The notes below the pieces were generated by a model, which did not search any database, was not told where the DNA came from, and saw only the letters and a program-made list of their open reading frames with translations. From the NCBI RefSeq assembly GCF_009914755.1, contig NC_060928.1: DNA of 64,000 bases; one strand, 5' to 3'. This DNA is from the human T2T-CHM13v2.0 reference genome, Homo sapiens. Made by a program: the position numbers and the translations under genes. Positions 28,590 to 42,149 of this stretch are shown here, one piece after another. Numbering within the stretch: position 1 is the stretch's first letter; each line of letters begins with the position of its first letter.

Positions 28590-29965
28590 CAGTTCAGAGA
28601 TCATCAGGGCTTCTTCCTCCATTTCAAAGGGGAGTGGGAGGATTGCAATTCTTCGAATTTGCTTTCAGGGTAATTCTTCCCTTGCCTTGAAGAATAGCAC
28701 AAGTTAAGAGCCTTAATAGCTAAACAGTCTGGTTCTGCAGGATCTAAGAAGTCTGGAAACCTTCCTTCATTCATTATGTTTTCTCTGTTTTCCTTAGTTT
28801 AAACAGGCAGTGCCCTTGCTGGTATAATCCCACCTCTATCCCTGGCCTCTGTTCAGATGACTGATTAAGTCCCTTGTACACACCCATGTTAATCTGTTCA
28901 CCAAATGGTAGGTTAGCCTTGGTGTTTTCTTCTGAGCACACTTGTATGATATGCGATATGAAAAGGCTGATAATTTTCCAAATGTTTAAATTCTGGTTCC
29001 TCCTTTTTGCTTAACAATCTCTACTTCAATTCATTTCTCTCTTTTCATATTTAATATAAGCAGTCATAAGGAAGTAAGCCACCCATTCAACATTTTACAT
29101 AGAAATTGTCTCAGCTAAATATACAATTTCATCATTGTCAAGCTCTATTTTCAAGAAAAAAAAAAACGTACAACATAAAAGCAAATCAGCCAAGTTGTGT
29201 GTCACTTTATAACAAGGATTACCTTTCCTCCAGCTTCCAATAACATACTCCGATTTCTGTTTGAAACTTCACCATAATGATCACATTTCTACCAACATTT
29301 TGTTCATAATTATTTTTGTATTTTCTAAGAGAATGGAAGCTTTCTCTATAACTCTCCTCTTTTCTTTCTGAGCCCTCACCAGAATTGCCTTAAAAAATTC
29401 TTCACAGCATTCTTGTCTTTTTCTAGTACACACTTGAAAACTCTTCCAGCCACAACCCATTACCCAGTTACATGCCACTTCCAGGTTTTTACAGTAACAC
29501 CCCACTTCTCTGTACCAATTACTGTCTTAGTTTAATATGCTATAACAAAATACCATAGACTGGGTGGTTTATACAACAGATATTTATTTCTCACACTCTG
29601 GAGGCTGCAGGATCCACGTTCAAGGTGCTGGCAGATCTGGTGTCTGGGAAGGCCCAATTCCTGGCTTGCAAACAGTTGGCTTATCTCTGCATGCTTACAT
29701 GGCAGAGAAAGAGACACAGGCAGAAAGAGAAAGAGAGAAATGGAATGAGGGGGCAAAGAGGGAGGAGGAGGAGGAAAAGAGGAGAGAGAATTCACTCTGC
29801 TCTCTTCCACTTCTTGTAAGAACACTGATATCATGAGGACACTACCCTCATGCCCTCATCTAAATCTAGTTACCTACCAAAGACTCGCCTCCAAATGCCA
29901 TCACACTGGTGGTTTGGGCTTCAACATATGAATTTTAGTAAGTCATAAAAATTCAGTCCATAAGA
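28590..29965 (-). mobile_element. MLT1A-like LTR (29523-29965) with adjoining MaLR internal sequence (~28590-29522)
   Basis: TGTCTTAGT..GCTATAACAAAATACCATAGACTGGGTGG..TTCAACATATGAATTTT..ATTCAGTCCATAA; internal junction CCCCACTTCTCTGTACCAAT. Confidence 0.85.
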
Positions 29966-29969
29966 GAAT

Positions 29970-31080
29970 GGAAGGCAGACACAATGACAGGACATCTTTA
30001 AAGTGTTAAAAAAATTCTGCAACTTACAAATCCCCACCCATTAAAAATACCATTCCATGGCTATTATTAAAAAGTCAAAAATAATAGGTGCTGACGAGGT
30101 TGCAGAGAAAAAGGAATGCTCATACACTGTTGGTGGGAGTGTAAATTAGTTCAACAATTGTGGAAAACAGTGTGGCAATTCCTCAAAGACCTAAAAACAG
30201 AACTACCCTTCAATCCAGTAATCCCATTATTGGGTATATGCCCAAAGGAATAGAAATCATTCTATCATAAAAACACAATGCACGATGTGTGTTCATTGCC
30301 ACACTGTTCAGAATAGCATAGACATGGAATCAACCTAAATGTCCATCAGTGGAAGACTGGATAAAGGAAATGTCGTACATATACACTATGGTATACTACA
30401 CAACCATAAAAAAAAACAAGATCATGTCCTTTGCAGGAACATGGATGGAGCTAGAGGCCGTTATCCTTAGCAAACTCTCATAGGAACAGAAAAGCAAATA
30501 CCACAAATTCTCACTTGTAAGTGGGAGCTAAATAATGAGAACACATGGACACAAGGAGGGGAACGACAGACACTGGGGCCTACCAGAGGATGGAGAGTGG
30601 GAGGAGGGAGGTCACCAGGAAAAATAACTAATGGGTACTAGCCTTAATACCTGGGTGATGAAATAATCTGTACAACAAATATCCTGACACGAGTATACCT
30701 GTATAACAAATCTGCACATGTACCCCTGAACCTAAAATAAAAGTTAAATAAGTAAATAAATGAAAAAATAATACATTATTCCAAAGAAAGGTAAACATAA
30801 AGCATTTCCAAACAAACAAAAGCTGGGAGAGTGAATTGCTGAGAGGCTTGTGATAAAAGAAAATGCTAAAATATCTTCATGTGGAAAGGATATGATAGCT
30901 GATAGACAGTAAGATTCACACAAAGAAAGATCTACAGCATGGAAACTATGAGGCAAATATAAAATAATGTTTTATTCTTTTCAAATTATAATTGACTATT
31001 TAAAACCAAAATAATATAATTTATACGGAGGTTTAGAACTAATGTCAAAGGAAAATGTATGATAAAAATCACAGGTTTCA
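29970..31080 (+). mobile_element. Ancient L1M ORF1-region fragment, split by a younger L1PA
   Basis: ACATCTTTAAAGTGTTAAAA upstream and AAAGCATTTCCAAACAAACAAAAGCTGGGAGA downstream of the insert. Confidence 0.65.
30057..30770 (+). mobile_element. 5'-truncated L1PA (PA13-16-like) 3' end
   Basis: ATGGCTATTATTAAAAAGTCAAAA..GGAAAAATAACTAATGGGTACTAG..TACCCCTGAACCTAAAATAAAAGTT plus A-rich tail; ATTCCA on both flanks. Confidence 0.92.
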
Positions 31081-32723
31081 AAACAGTTTGACCTAGTAAG
31101 TTTAAAAGCTTATAGCCCACAAATCTGTTGTCCCCAAATTATAAAAATCTCATTAATCATTAATATTAGCTTTTAATCTTGAATTGTTAGATTATTCAAT
31201 CTACATTTCCTAATATTGATATTTTTCAATGTTATGCCCATTTAAACATAAATTATTATTAAATTATTAGATTAAAATAGAAAGTGTATTTAATTCTGTA
31301 GTTGTTTGGTATATGGAGGGAAATGTATAAAAAGAAGAACACAGTATAAGTCTTGATTGGAACCCTTTTCCTTCAAAACTAGTTTGGAAGACTGTTGAGA
31401 AAAGACCATGGCTAAAAAAAGTTCCAGAGTTGTAAAATCCAGCTCTTTTATAAGAGAAAAGGCAGTTTATGTGGAGATTGCTATGGGTTAGTCATAGAAA
31501 CATGCTCATTGTCATTACATTGTGTAACATTGAAAATATGCAGACTGTATAATTTTTCTTTACATGGTGCTGAATTAATTTTGTGCTCCAGTTATGAGTA
31601 TCTGTGTTTGTATGTTCACTCTGTGGATTCGTCTTTGTTATGTATGGGAGGAGGCACAGAGCAGTAGGAAAAGAAAGATGAAAATAAGGTAAATTGGCAT
31701 ATGTAATTTTTTTCCTTTGTGTTTGTTTCACCTGAAGAGATATTATTATTTGAACTCCTCTACAGTTTACAAAATTTATATTTGAGAAAAATATAATGCT
31801 AGGTAATGTTTTCAAAGATTCCTAGTTGGGAAGAAATAACTATGGTTATTCAGATCATGTCCCTAGTAAATACACAGTAGGTGTTTCATTTGTCTGTTCA
31901 CAGTGCTATAAATAGTTGTGACCTGGTTTCCAATGATGTGTGAAACAGTCTTAGGAGATACATTGAGTTTTATTTATTTATAGAAACCAAATGTGTAATT
32001 AACATGTCCAGAGGAGGTGAAGTATCAGTTTGAGCCCACTGAGTGTCATCTAATCAAATTTCATGAATTAATGTTCTCAGTGAGCATTGTTTCCTGGAGA
32101 TATATTGGCTAAGGTCAGAAGTGGAGATGTAGATTAATTGAAAATCAATTTTTGGAACAGATAATGGGCTCTTATGTGATATCCCACTGGCAGGTAAGCT
32201 TAAATGTTCTGGAAAATAAAAGGAAAGAAATGATAAACGCATAGTATTTTTGGCCATCGTTCATTATGTAACAGTCCATAATTTCACAAATATTACTAGG
32301 ACTGTAATTATTTGTGTTTATGTTGGCTGCCACATTATTTGGTTTTGAAAACTGTGCTACTGTTAGTTTTCTGAAGATTTATTTTGTAGTGTCACTCAAA
32401 CTGCTACAATTTATCATTTGTAGTTCTGACCCTGTAAATTCAGGGCTTCTATAAGCTCCTGGGAGTATTCTCCCTTTAATGAGACATTTATAGTGAAGGG
32501 GTATTAAGATGAAACATTTCATTGAAAAGGTCATTAGATATCTAAATTCATAAGTAAGCCTATTTAAATGATGCTGTAATGACATGTTCATAAGTAGTAA
32601 AAAAATCCTTAAAGATGTGTTATTACTGGAAATAAAACTGCAAATATATGAGTTTAAAATTAATTGTTATTCAGTAAGTCAGATGTAAAAGCTTTAAGAG
32701 AGACTGAAGATCATTTAGATTTG

Positions 32724-32892
32724 TAGTTTCCATGCCTGGTTACACATTAGAATATTCTGGTCTCTAGAAGTTCTTATTCAGTAAGACTCTTTGGGAGGCC
32801 AGAAATATGTATTTCGAATATAATAAAAAAAACAAATTCCTCAGATAATTTCAACATAGCCAATCTGTATAATTGCACTTGAGAATCCCTGT
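32724..32892. mobile_element. MER5-type hAT-Charlie relic
   Basis: CCTGGTTACACATTAGAAT..TATTCAGTAAG..CACTTGAGAATCCCTG. Confidence 0.6.
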
Positions 32893-33129
32893 TCAAGAAC
32901 AGTTCTTTCTTCTATAAACAAGAAAGTGACACGCAGAAATAATAAGACCCCAGGTGAAAAACCAATAAGATCTCAAGTTAAAAACCAATTTTGAATTTAT
33001 TTTAAATTTTGTCCGGTTTCTCCATTATTTAGGGAAGAGGGGAAACTTGAGTACCAATTACACCAACATGGATGCTGCTGACATTCAATAATTATTTCAT
33101 GTGCTATTTCTTTTCTATAAATAATTGTT

Positions 33130-35218
33130 AACTGTACCTCCTTTGATATGTTTACTGGTTATTTTAGGACTAAAATATGCATTATTAATTGACGAAAGGA
33201 CATTTAGAGTCAACATTGTACTATTGGACTTTGCTCTTCATACCTCATCCTTTCTATTTCATGCTTCACCCTTCATAATTATCAATTTTGGTTAATATTT
33301 TCATTTTAACCCATTATGTCCTAAGAATGGCGTAAAAACAAAACAAAAAATCCCACAGTCCTTTATACACACTGACTTATTGACTTTATTGGCACTTTTC
33401 TTTCCTCCCAGTAGATCAATGTTTCTGTTTGAGGTTCATAAAAAACATCAGCATAAAAAACAGCCTTTTGGATTACTTGTAAGGGTCTTCAGGCAACCAA
33501 ATCTCTCAGTTTTCATGCATCTGAAAACATTTTTATTTCACTGTTGCTTTTAGGAATTTTTACCATTTATATAGAAACTTGGGTAGACAGAATCTAGTTT
33601 TGTTTTTGTGCCTTGCTTTCTTATAGTCTTTCAAAATACCATTTTCCTGGCCTTCTATTATTTCTGATGAGTAGGTAGAATTTTGTATCATTGTTTCTCT
33701 GTATGTAATATTTCTTTTTTCTCTGAGTATTTTCAGATTTTCTACTTTTTTCTGCTGAATTTATTTGAATTTTCAAGTTCCTTTATTTCTTTCATATTTG
33801 TGAAATTATTCTCCACTGTTTCTTCAGAAATGCTCTACCCCAATCACATACCCTTCTCTTTCCAGAACTGTGGTTACATGTATACTAGACTGTTTTATTT
33901 TGTTCCTCAATTGCTATTATGCGTATCTTTGTCTCAAATGTATTTCCCTCTGTTATTTAGATAGTATAATTTCTATTGATTTGTTATCAAGTTCACTGAT
34001 TCTTCCCTAATTTCTAATGCACTGTGAAGCACAGAAAATTTTCCCTTAGTGATTGTTTTTTGTTTTAGATTTTTATTCTTTATAAATCTCATTTCTCTAA
34101 TGAAACTCCATCTATGTGCACTTATTATCCCCTTATTTTTGTCTACTTTTGTTTCACTAGTTTGAAAATAGTTATAAAACCTATCTTACTTCTTTGAACT
34201 AAATAATATCTACTTTAAATATTTTGTCGCTGTATTTCACACACAGGTTATCGCTGATTTGATATCTATTGAATGCTTGTTTTACTGACTACTAATCACA
34301 CAGTCCAGAGTTTCTTTGTATATCTAATTTTTAAAACTATTTTTTATGGAATGTTTTTGAGGAGACACTGTAAAGACTCCATATTCTGTTAACTTCCTCT
34401 GAAGTGCATTTATTTTCTTCTGGTGAGGAGTTTAATTACTTGAGGATCAAATAGTCCTTGTTTATGTAGGCTTTACTAATGTTTGTTGCAAAGAATCTTT
34501 GGGAAGTCCAAAGTGTTTCTCAAGCACTTCTAATTTCGTAGGATTTAATCAAACTCCATCTTGTGGAACCTGGCAATGCTTGATTTTAGCCATGTTAGGG
34601 AAGGGCTAGTGTAGGCATCCTTTAGGTCATGGCACTTACTCATAGCTATGGTCTTTCCGGTACAACTGCATGAACAAGATATTAAGGAGGTGTAATGAGA
34701 TTTCTTCACTTGGGTGAACTTGACTACCAATGTCTCCCAGCACTGTCCGATCTCCTGTGTCTCTGCTTGATTCTCAACTTTATAGTCACTGTTGTATGGT
34801 AAACCCTGAAGTCTTCCATTGTGTATGTGAGACCTAGTCTTGAGCTTTAGATTTATGAGGAAACCTCACACACATTTCTGGAAACCCCCTGTGCAAGGAT
34901 TCCTCCTATTACAGTGATCTTATCTACAGAATTTAGCTGCTTGCAGACTTATGAATTCTGATCTCTCACTCACCTCAGTTCAACCATCATGATTCTGCTT
35001 GGAGTCCAGCTTGCTGAGCCATCATTAGGAAGTCTTGTGCTGGTAGAGAGATGACTGTGGAGCTCACCTCATACATTTCTATGCATTCAGAATCTGCTGT
35101 TGTATATTGCTTACTTTCCAATTTGTAATTGTTGCCTTATATATTTTTCTATTTTCTCAGTTGTTTAATAGAAGATCTAACCTACTGTCACACCATCATA
35201 CTTGGAAGAAAAATCTCT
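33130..35218 (-). mobile_element. Ancient L1ME-type 5' end/ORF1 region
   Basis: Reverse ORF1 signatures (AAATCTCTCAGTTTT..TCTGAAAACATTTTTATTTCAC); ends CACCATCATACTTGGAAG, like L1M 5' termini. Confidence 0.65.
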
Positions 35219-35812
35219 GTGTTGAATGTGTAATATTTGGTATTAATAACAGACAAAGCACATGAGACTTAATTGTACCTAAAAAAAGAAAATACAATTG
35301 TTTTCAATGTTGAAAAAATGAGAGTAAACCTAAAGCTCAAATAAGTTCAATACAAAAAGAACATAAGTACTTGTATCATCTTCTTAAAAGGCAATGATAA
35401 ATCAATAGATAATGTTTAAAGTTGTCTAAAGTATATATTTTAGTTAAAAAACCACTGTGGATTTGAAAATTATATAATTCTTCCACATTGGGTGAAAAAA
35501 ATGGGGATCAACAGAGTAATGTTACTAAGATAAATTACCACCTTTTGTTGAAATCAATAGATCCTGTCTAATACTAATAAATCAAGAATTAGAAGCATGA
35601 AAATCATGAGAAATACTGCATATGAATTGAACAAATAGGATGTTACTGAAGAAAGATAGAAAAAAGTAGAGGAAACTGTTGTTCTCCCTTCTAATCTCCT
35701 TTCCAATTTCATGTGTGTTAAAAAAATATAAAATGCTGTGTAATGAATATGCATATTGTTTTTGACATGCACTTATCGCACGATCATTGGTCAATTCTGG
35801 GTTATATGATGA

Positions 35813-36175
<363 letters not shown>

Positions 36176-38409
36176 TAATTAAAAATGCTTAAATGAATGT
36201 TATTTTAATGTTTAAAATTTACACAGTGATGCAAACATTAAGCACAGTGCTTCATTTGTATTTTTAATCTGGTTTTGTGTTTGTTTGTTTGTATTTAAAA
36301 AGAAAAAAAGAGGTTGTTGGTCATTTATTTGTCTGCTCCAACATTCCTCAGTGACCTGGGGACCCAAATAAATTACTGTCCCTAAACTACCTAATGATAT
36401 CCAACCGTGGTTGGATAGAACCAACGTAGAGAACCGTAGTTCTCTAGCCACAATTTTTCTAATGAAGTTTCTCTGCTTTTACCATGGATTAGTGTTTTAT
36501 CTGCTGCAAATAAAATGAAATTTTCTTCTTGAAAATTGTATCCAACCCGTACGCAGAGCTAGCTAGCTTGGGACCCTAAACCTACTTTATGTTTGCTACT
36601 TTCAATCTGCAAGCATCTCATAAGTGGCACCCCTGGTGACTGGCCATTGCATCTACAGAATCAAGAAGTTGGTGTAATTTTAATTCCCATCTTCTCCACT
36701 ACCATCATTTGGGTTTGTCATATACATGAAATATGGTGTGGCAGTTCAGTATTCTCCTGAGAGTACTATGAAACCTCATTACTTTGGGGAGATTTTCTGC
36801 ATCTGAAAAAGGAAGCAAAAACAGCACTCTGAGAGGATGACTTGTGATACCAGCTAGAAGATGGCATGTTGAATCATGCTTCAGAGCCTTGTGGATAGGC
36901 AATGACCAATGACAGGACTACACTTGTTCTACTGTAGTGTATGATTATCCTTACACAATTCACCACTGACTTTTATCATAAACATACTACATAATAAAAT
37001 AAACAAATATATTTAACATTCTGCTCTCTCCTGTGTATTGTGTTTTCTGCATATTTTCTGAACTTTATTTCTTTGCAAACTTGCTGACGTGGCACCTGAT
37101 TCAAAAAGTTGTCACTCCTAAACTTAAGTGGAAAGGTTCATTTTCATAAGATGACTATCCTGCTTAGTTTTATTTTGCACCACTTCACATTTTATGACAT
37201 AAAATAAAATATCTTAGGATAGTAGAGTTATGAATCATTTAGTGTCCTAGAAAATATGAACATAATTGTCATCTAAAACTATAGAAAATACATAAAAGAA
37301 TCTCTCAGAACTCAATGGGCATATGTAAATCCCTAGAAATATTTTTGTCTTGTGGAATACTATATCATGGAATAATGACAAAGAGAATATAGACTGTGTA
37401 ATTCAATAATCGTCTCCATAAAAAAAAGACTGATCTCAAGCCTATGTGGTTATTTAGTAGAAAAATAACTCTGATTATTAATCTAGGGAGTGTTTAATAT
37501 AGTATGCTAGTTATCCCAGTGTATTCTACTGTGACAAGACAAATTTTACTTTGATATTTTCCTGAGTTCATCTACAAGAGAAAGGTAATTAAAAATGAAG
37601 ACACAATGCTTATTCCCATCACAAATCATACTTTATTGTAATGCATACTTTTAGATACACATTTAAAGGGTATCCATCATAAATTTTTATGTTGTACATG
37701 AAAAAAGTGGGTAATATTCCAAATAGGTAATAACTTTACAAATTGTATGGAAATGAATGGCACAAATGCGTCGGTACTGCTTCATTTTAGAAACACACAG
37801 CAGTAAAATTCATCACTTAGGAAGATTTTTATTCAAATGCCTATGTGCTCAGAATTCTTCCTCTATCAAGGCCTTTTTTCCTGTTTCTTTTGTTGTTGAT
37901 TTTGTTATTAACATAGAAAAGAAGTGAATAACTGAACCAGCAATCAAAAGATATTAGTGTCTTTGAGTATATTTTTTGAAGTTCAGGGATAATTTCTTGA
38001 AGCATCTGGGGTCTATCGCACACACAGACCTTTTCATGTCTCCTCTTTTTTTCTTTTTCAAGATCTTAGTGTATGAATGGGATTAATCTAGGGACAGAGA
38101 ATTTACTCAGAAAAAATTGAATGGTTTGAAAATTAAGTCCAAAATGTTGAGCACTGATGTGGGGAGATAAAATACCGTGGTACAATCATGTACATATTTT
38201 AAAGCTATCTGTCACTTTCTTCCAATGTATTTTCACTTGGAAACTCAAAATGTGTATCAATTGCTGTGGCTGAAGCATGCATAGGGTTTCTTTTATCGTC
38301 CACACTTCACCTCTTAGACTTCAACAGTGTTTTCTTGGTATAGCCTGCACCTAGTAGGACCCAGAAAAATGTTGTTTCAACATTGATGAAGAAAAATCAT
38401 GGACATTTT

Positions 38410-38555
38410 TTAAATTTATATGTTCCGTCTCAGTCTCAGTTCCATCATTTGCAATAAGAGAATAATAGTGGTTATTTCCTAAAGCTATAATTTAATCAAA
38501 TTAAATAATGTATTCTACATGTCCTTAAATAGTTACTTGAAAGTAACAAGCTCAA
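38410..38555 (+). mobile_element. MIR (interrupted by AluJ), preceded by a probable L2 3' end (~38260-38390)
   Basis: CTCAGTTCCATCATTTGCAATAAGAGAATAATAGT core; resumes AATAAATGTTAG after the Alu. Confidence 0.65.
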
Positions 38556-38860
38556 GGCCGGGAGTGGTGGTTAATCCCTATAATTCCAGTAGCTTGGGAG
38601 GCCCAGGCAGGCAGATAGCTTGAGCTCTGGAGTTCCAGACCAGCCTGGGCAACACGGTGAAACCTTGTCTCTACAAAAAATACAAAACAAACAAACAAAA
38701 AATAGCCAGATGTGGTGGTGCATGCCTGTATCCTTGCTGCTCAGGAGGCTGAGGTGAGAGGATTGCTTGAGCCCATTGGCTCGAGGCTGCAGTGAGCCAT
38801 GGTTGCACCACTGTGCTTCAGCCTAAGGTAACAAAGTGAGATCCTGTCTCAAAAAATAAA
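38556..38860 (+). mobile_element. AluJ
   Basis: GAGGATTGCTTGAGCCC..GAGGCTGCAGTGAGCCATG; TSD TAACAAGCTCAA at 38544-38555 and 38861-38872. Confidence 0.95.
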
Positions 38861-39036
38861 TAACAAGCTCAAAATAAATGTTAGATCTCTTTTCCTTAGA
38901 TTTACTTACAAAGAAGACTACCCATAATATAATCACATAGGAATCCAATGTAAAATATCCTCATTCTCTAGAAACAAAGAAATGGATACTAAGATTTATG
39001 AGCTTCAATTGTCACACAGCTGTAGCAATACCTTGT

Positions 39037-39368
<332 letters not shown>

Positions 39369-39439
39369 TACCTTGTGGTTTTTTAACCTTATTTGGGTAG
39401 GCTAGCCACTTGGACGAATAAAAAGATATTCATTCCTTC

Positions 39440-39595
39440 CATTATTTATTCATTAATTCACAAAGTATTGAGATTCTGCTGTAAGGGAGGCACTGTGTGA
39501 AGTTCTGGGGATAAAGCACTAAACAAGACAGACATGCTCCCTTCCATTGTGGCATCTATAACTTAGCTGAGAATAATGTATTAAATAAATACAAG
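39440..39595 (-). mobile_element. L2 3' end
   Basis: TTATTCATTAATTCACAAAGTATTGAG..GGCACTGTG..TGGGGATAAAGCACTAAACAAGACAGACATG. Confidence 0.8.
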
Positions 39596-39817
39596 TGATA
39601 TGGTTTGGCTGTGTCCCCACCCAAATCTCACCTTGAATTGTAATAATCTCCTTGTGTCAAGGGTGAGGCAAGGTAGAGATAATTGAATCATGGGAGCAGT
39701 TTTCCCCGTACTGTTCTCATGGTAGTGAATAAGTCTCCTGAGATGTTATGGTTTTATAAATGGGAGTTCCACTGCACACTCTCTCTGGCATGCCACCATG
39801 TAAGACGTGATTTTGCT
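39596..39817 (+). mobile_element. THE1 (C-like) LTR, 5' half only
   Basis: TGATATGGTTTGGCTGTGTCCCCACCCAAATCTCA start; stops after CCATGTAAGACGTGATTTTGCT. Confidence 0.9.
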
Positions 39818-39818
39818 A

Positions 39819-40120
39819 ATCTTTCTCTCGTTCTGGATGCTTCCTGCCCTAGAACAGCAGACTCCAAGCTCATCAGCTTTGAACTCTTGGACTTATACCG
39901 GTAACTTGCCAGGGGCTCTCAGGCCTTCAGCCACAGACTGAAGACAGCACTATCAGTTTCCCTGTTTTTGAGGTTTTGGAGCTTGGACTGGCTTCCTGGC
40001 TCCTAAGCTTGCAGATGGCATATTAAGGGGCTTCACCTTGTGATTCTGTGTCAATTTGCCTAATAAACCCTCTTTCATATATTTGTCTATCCTATTAGTT
40101 CTGTCCCTTTAAAGAATCCT
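39819..40120 (+). mobile_element. MLT2A (HERV-L) LTR, 3' half only
   Basis: CTGGATGCTTCCTGCCCT..GCCAGGGGCTCTCAGGCCTT..CCACAGACTGAAG..TCCTATTAGTTCTGTCCCT. Confidence 0.88.
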
Positions 40121-40298
40121 CTATTTTATTTTATAAAATATTATATTTAGTATACATTAAATAGATATAAATAAGTGGATGAAGGGGGAGGAGGGTGAAA
40201 GAAGCAAAGATTGCTATAAAAATACACACTGGTAAAACTTTTTCTTTAATGAAATGGGGCTTCAATGTGGATTGATGTCCTTCCTGAGACAAGATTGT

Positions 40299-40405
40299 AC
40301 ACACACACACACACACACACGTACACACATACATTTATGTAAGCTAGATGGATAGATAGATAGATACATACATACATACATACATACATACATACATACA
40401 TACAT
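40299..40405. repeat. Compound STR: (AC)11 ... (GATA)4(CATA)~10
   Basis: Direct reading. Confidence 0.95.
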
Positions 40406-41938
40406 GATAGATACACATCTTGCCATGCTGGAATGTATGGGAGTGGGTGAGGGAAATAAAAATAGGTTACTCTCGCAAAGTAACTACAAAAAAGGATGAC
40501 TATAGAGTGTAGGTCCAAGGATAGTAATGCCAATTGATCTTAGAGATGAGAAAGGGTGAAATAAACGATGCCAAACATTACATTACACTGAATTTGTAGG
40601 GCAAAGGAAATCCAATTATGAATATTGAAAAAGGAAGCTGAAGGAGTTAAATATTCTTTTCTTATAGCTCTACAAAAGTAAATGTAAATAGAAGAGATTA
40701 TCTTAAAGCTTAAATCCTAAGGGATATCTAGAGAAACAAAAACAAAAACAAACAAACAAAAACAACTGAGGATTTAAAGGTTTGTAATTTGAGAAGAAAA
40801 TCAGATAAGTGGAAATTGCTAATGTTCATCCAAGGCATACTTAGTAGAAACTCAGTGGGAGATCCAAAGAAACATTCTGCCCATCCATTGAGCTCTCAGA
40901 TGTGCCTAGTTATGCAGATGTGAGTTATTTCTTTTCATAGTAGGACACACATTTCTACCCTTTTAGATGTTATGGGCATTTTGGGGAGTGTTTTCCTGGT
41001 CTTTCTGAAATCTGGGGCAGCATTTAAAAAGAAAACCATGTAAAATATTCCAGAAGTATTTTACATCAAACTCAATAAATTTAATGAAATGATGCCAACA
41101 AATTAAATTGTACTAGATTGAGCAGTAATAGTGCTGAATGCACTGGTTCTGGGTAAAAGTCATTTTAATTCAGAAAAAAGAAGATGAAAATAACAAGGTT
41201 ATGTCTCAGATCCAAACACATTTCTCTGGATGAGACAGCATGACTGTAAAAGATGTAGATTGAAATGTCTTCAGAATTGCTAAATTATATCAACTTGGAG
41301 ATTTATAATCCTCAGTTTTGCTGATCAAGGAGCTGAGTATTTCTCCACAGAGCCATTGAATCTCCCTTGCATTAGAGGCTCATGGTACCAGGATGCATAA
41401 GGTAGTCATCACCACCTGAATGACATATACAGCATGTTGGTGTCACGTAGTGGGTCTTTTCTTAATGCACCTTGTGTGTAATAGATAACATGAACCAAAA
41501 AAAAATTCATATATGATCTAAAATATGCACTTACCAAACAAAAACATTATACTTCATAATTCACAATCTGATTCCTGATTTTAAATTTCAAACACAAATT
41601 CCACATGATCACATAAAATAATGGAATTGAAATAAGAGGTCTTCTCTTTCCTTGTCTTTGTACTCATTGTACTATTATTGCTTATTTCAAATCTACTGTT
41701 TAAGTGTAGGAAAATGTATCACAATAAGGGTTGGAGACAAAACAGCCTTAAGTGAGCCAAAACAAACAGGAATTTGATTAATTTACTACATATACTCTTT
41801 TAAAAGGTGAATTTGTATGATTTAGGTACTAACTATATAACTGTGAGTTTTCCAGATTAACTTTCTTGTAGAATATACATATAGAATACGATGTTTGTTA
41901 AGGTATAGATAATAAAATATGTGCTAATTTGAAAACCA

Positions 41939-42021
41939 CACACGCACACGCTTGCCCACATGCACACACTTGCACACACGCACACGCTTGCGCACACACA
42001 CACACACACATATATATATAT
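41939..42021. repeat. 3 x 18-bp minisatellite running into (CA)n(TA)n
   Basis: CACACGCACACGCTTGCC / CACATGCACACACTTGCA / CACACGCACACGCTTGCG. Confidence 0.9.
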
Positions 42022-42149
42022 TCAATATGAAGCACATAAATTCTTTGAAACTCAGATCAGTATAATTTTTATTGAGGAATATTTTATTACTAACTTTATT
42101 TGAAATTGCCAGTTCATGTTTATATTATAAAGCCTACCAATTGTCAGTT

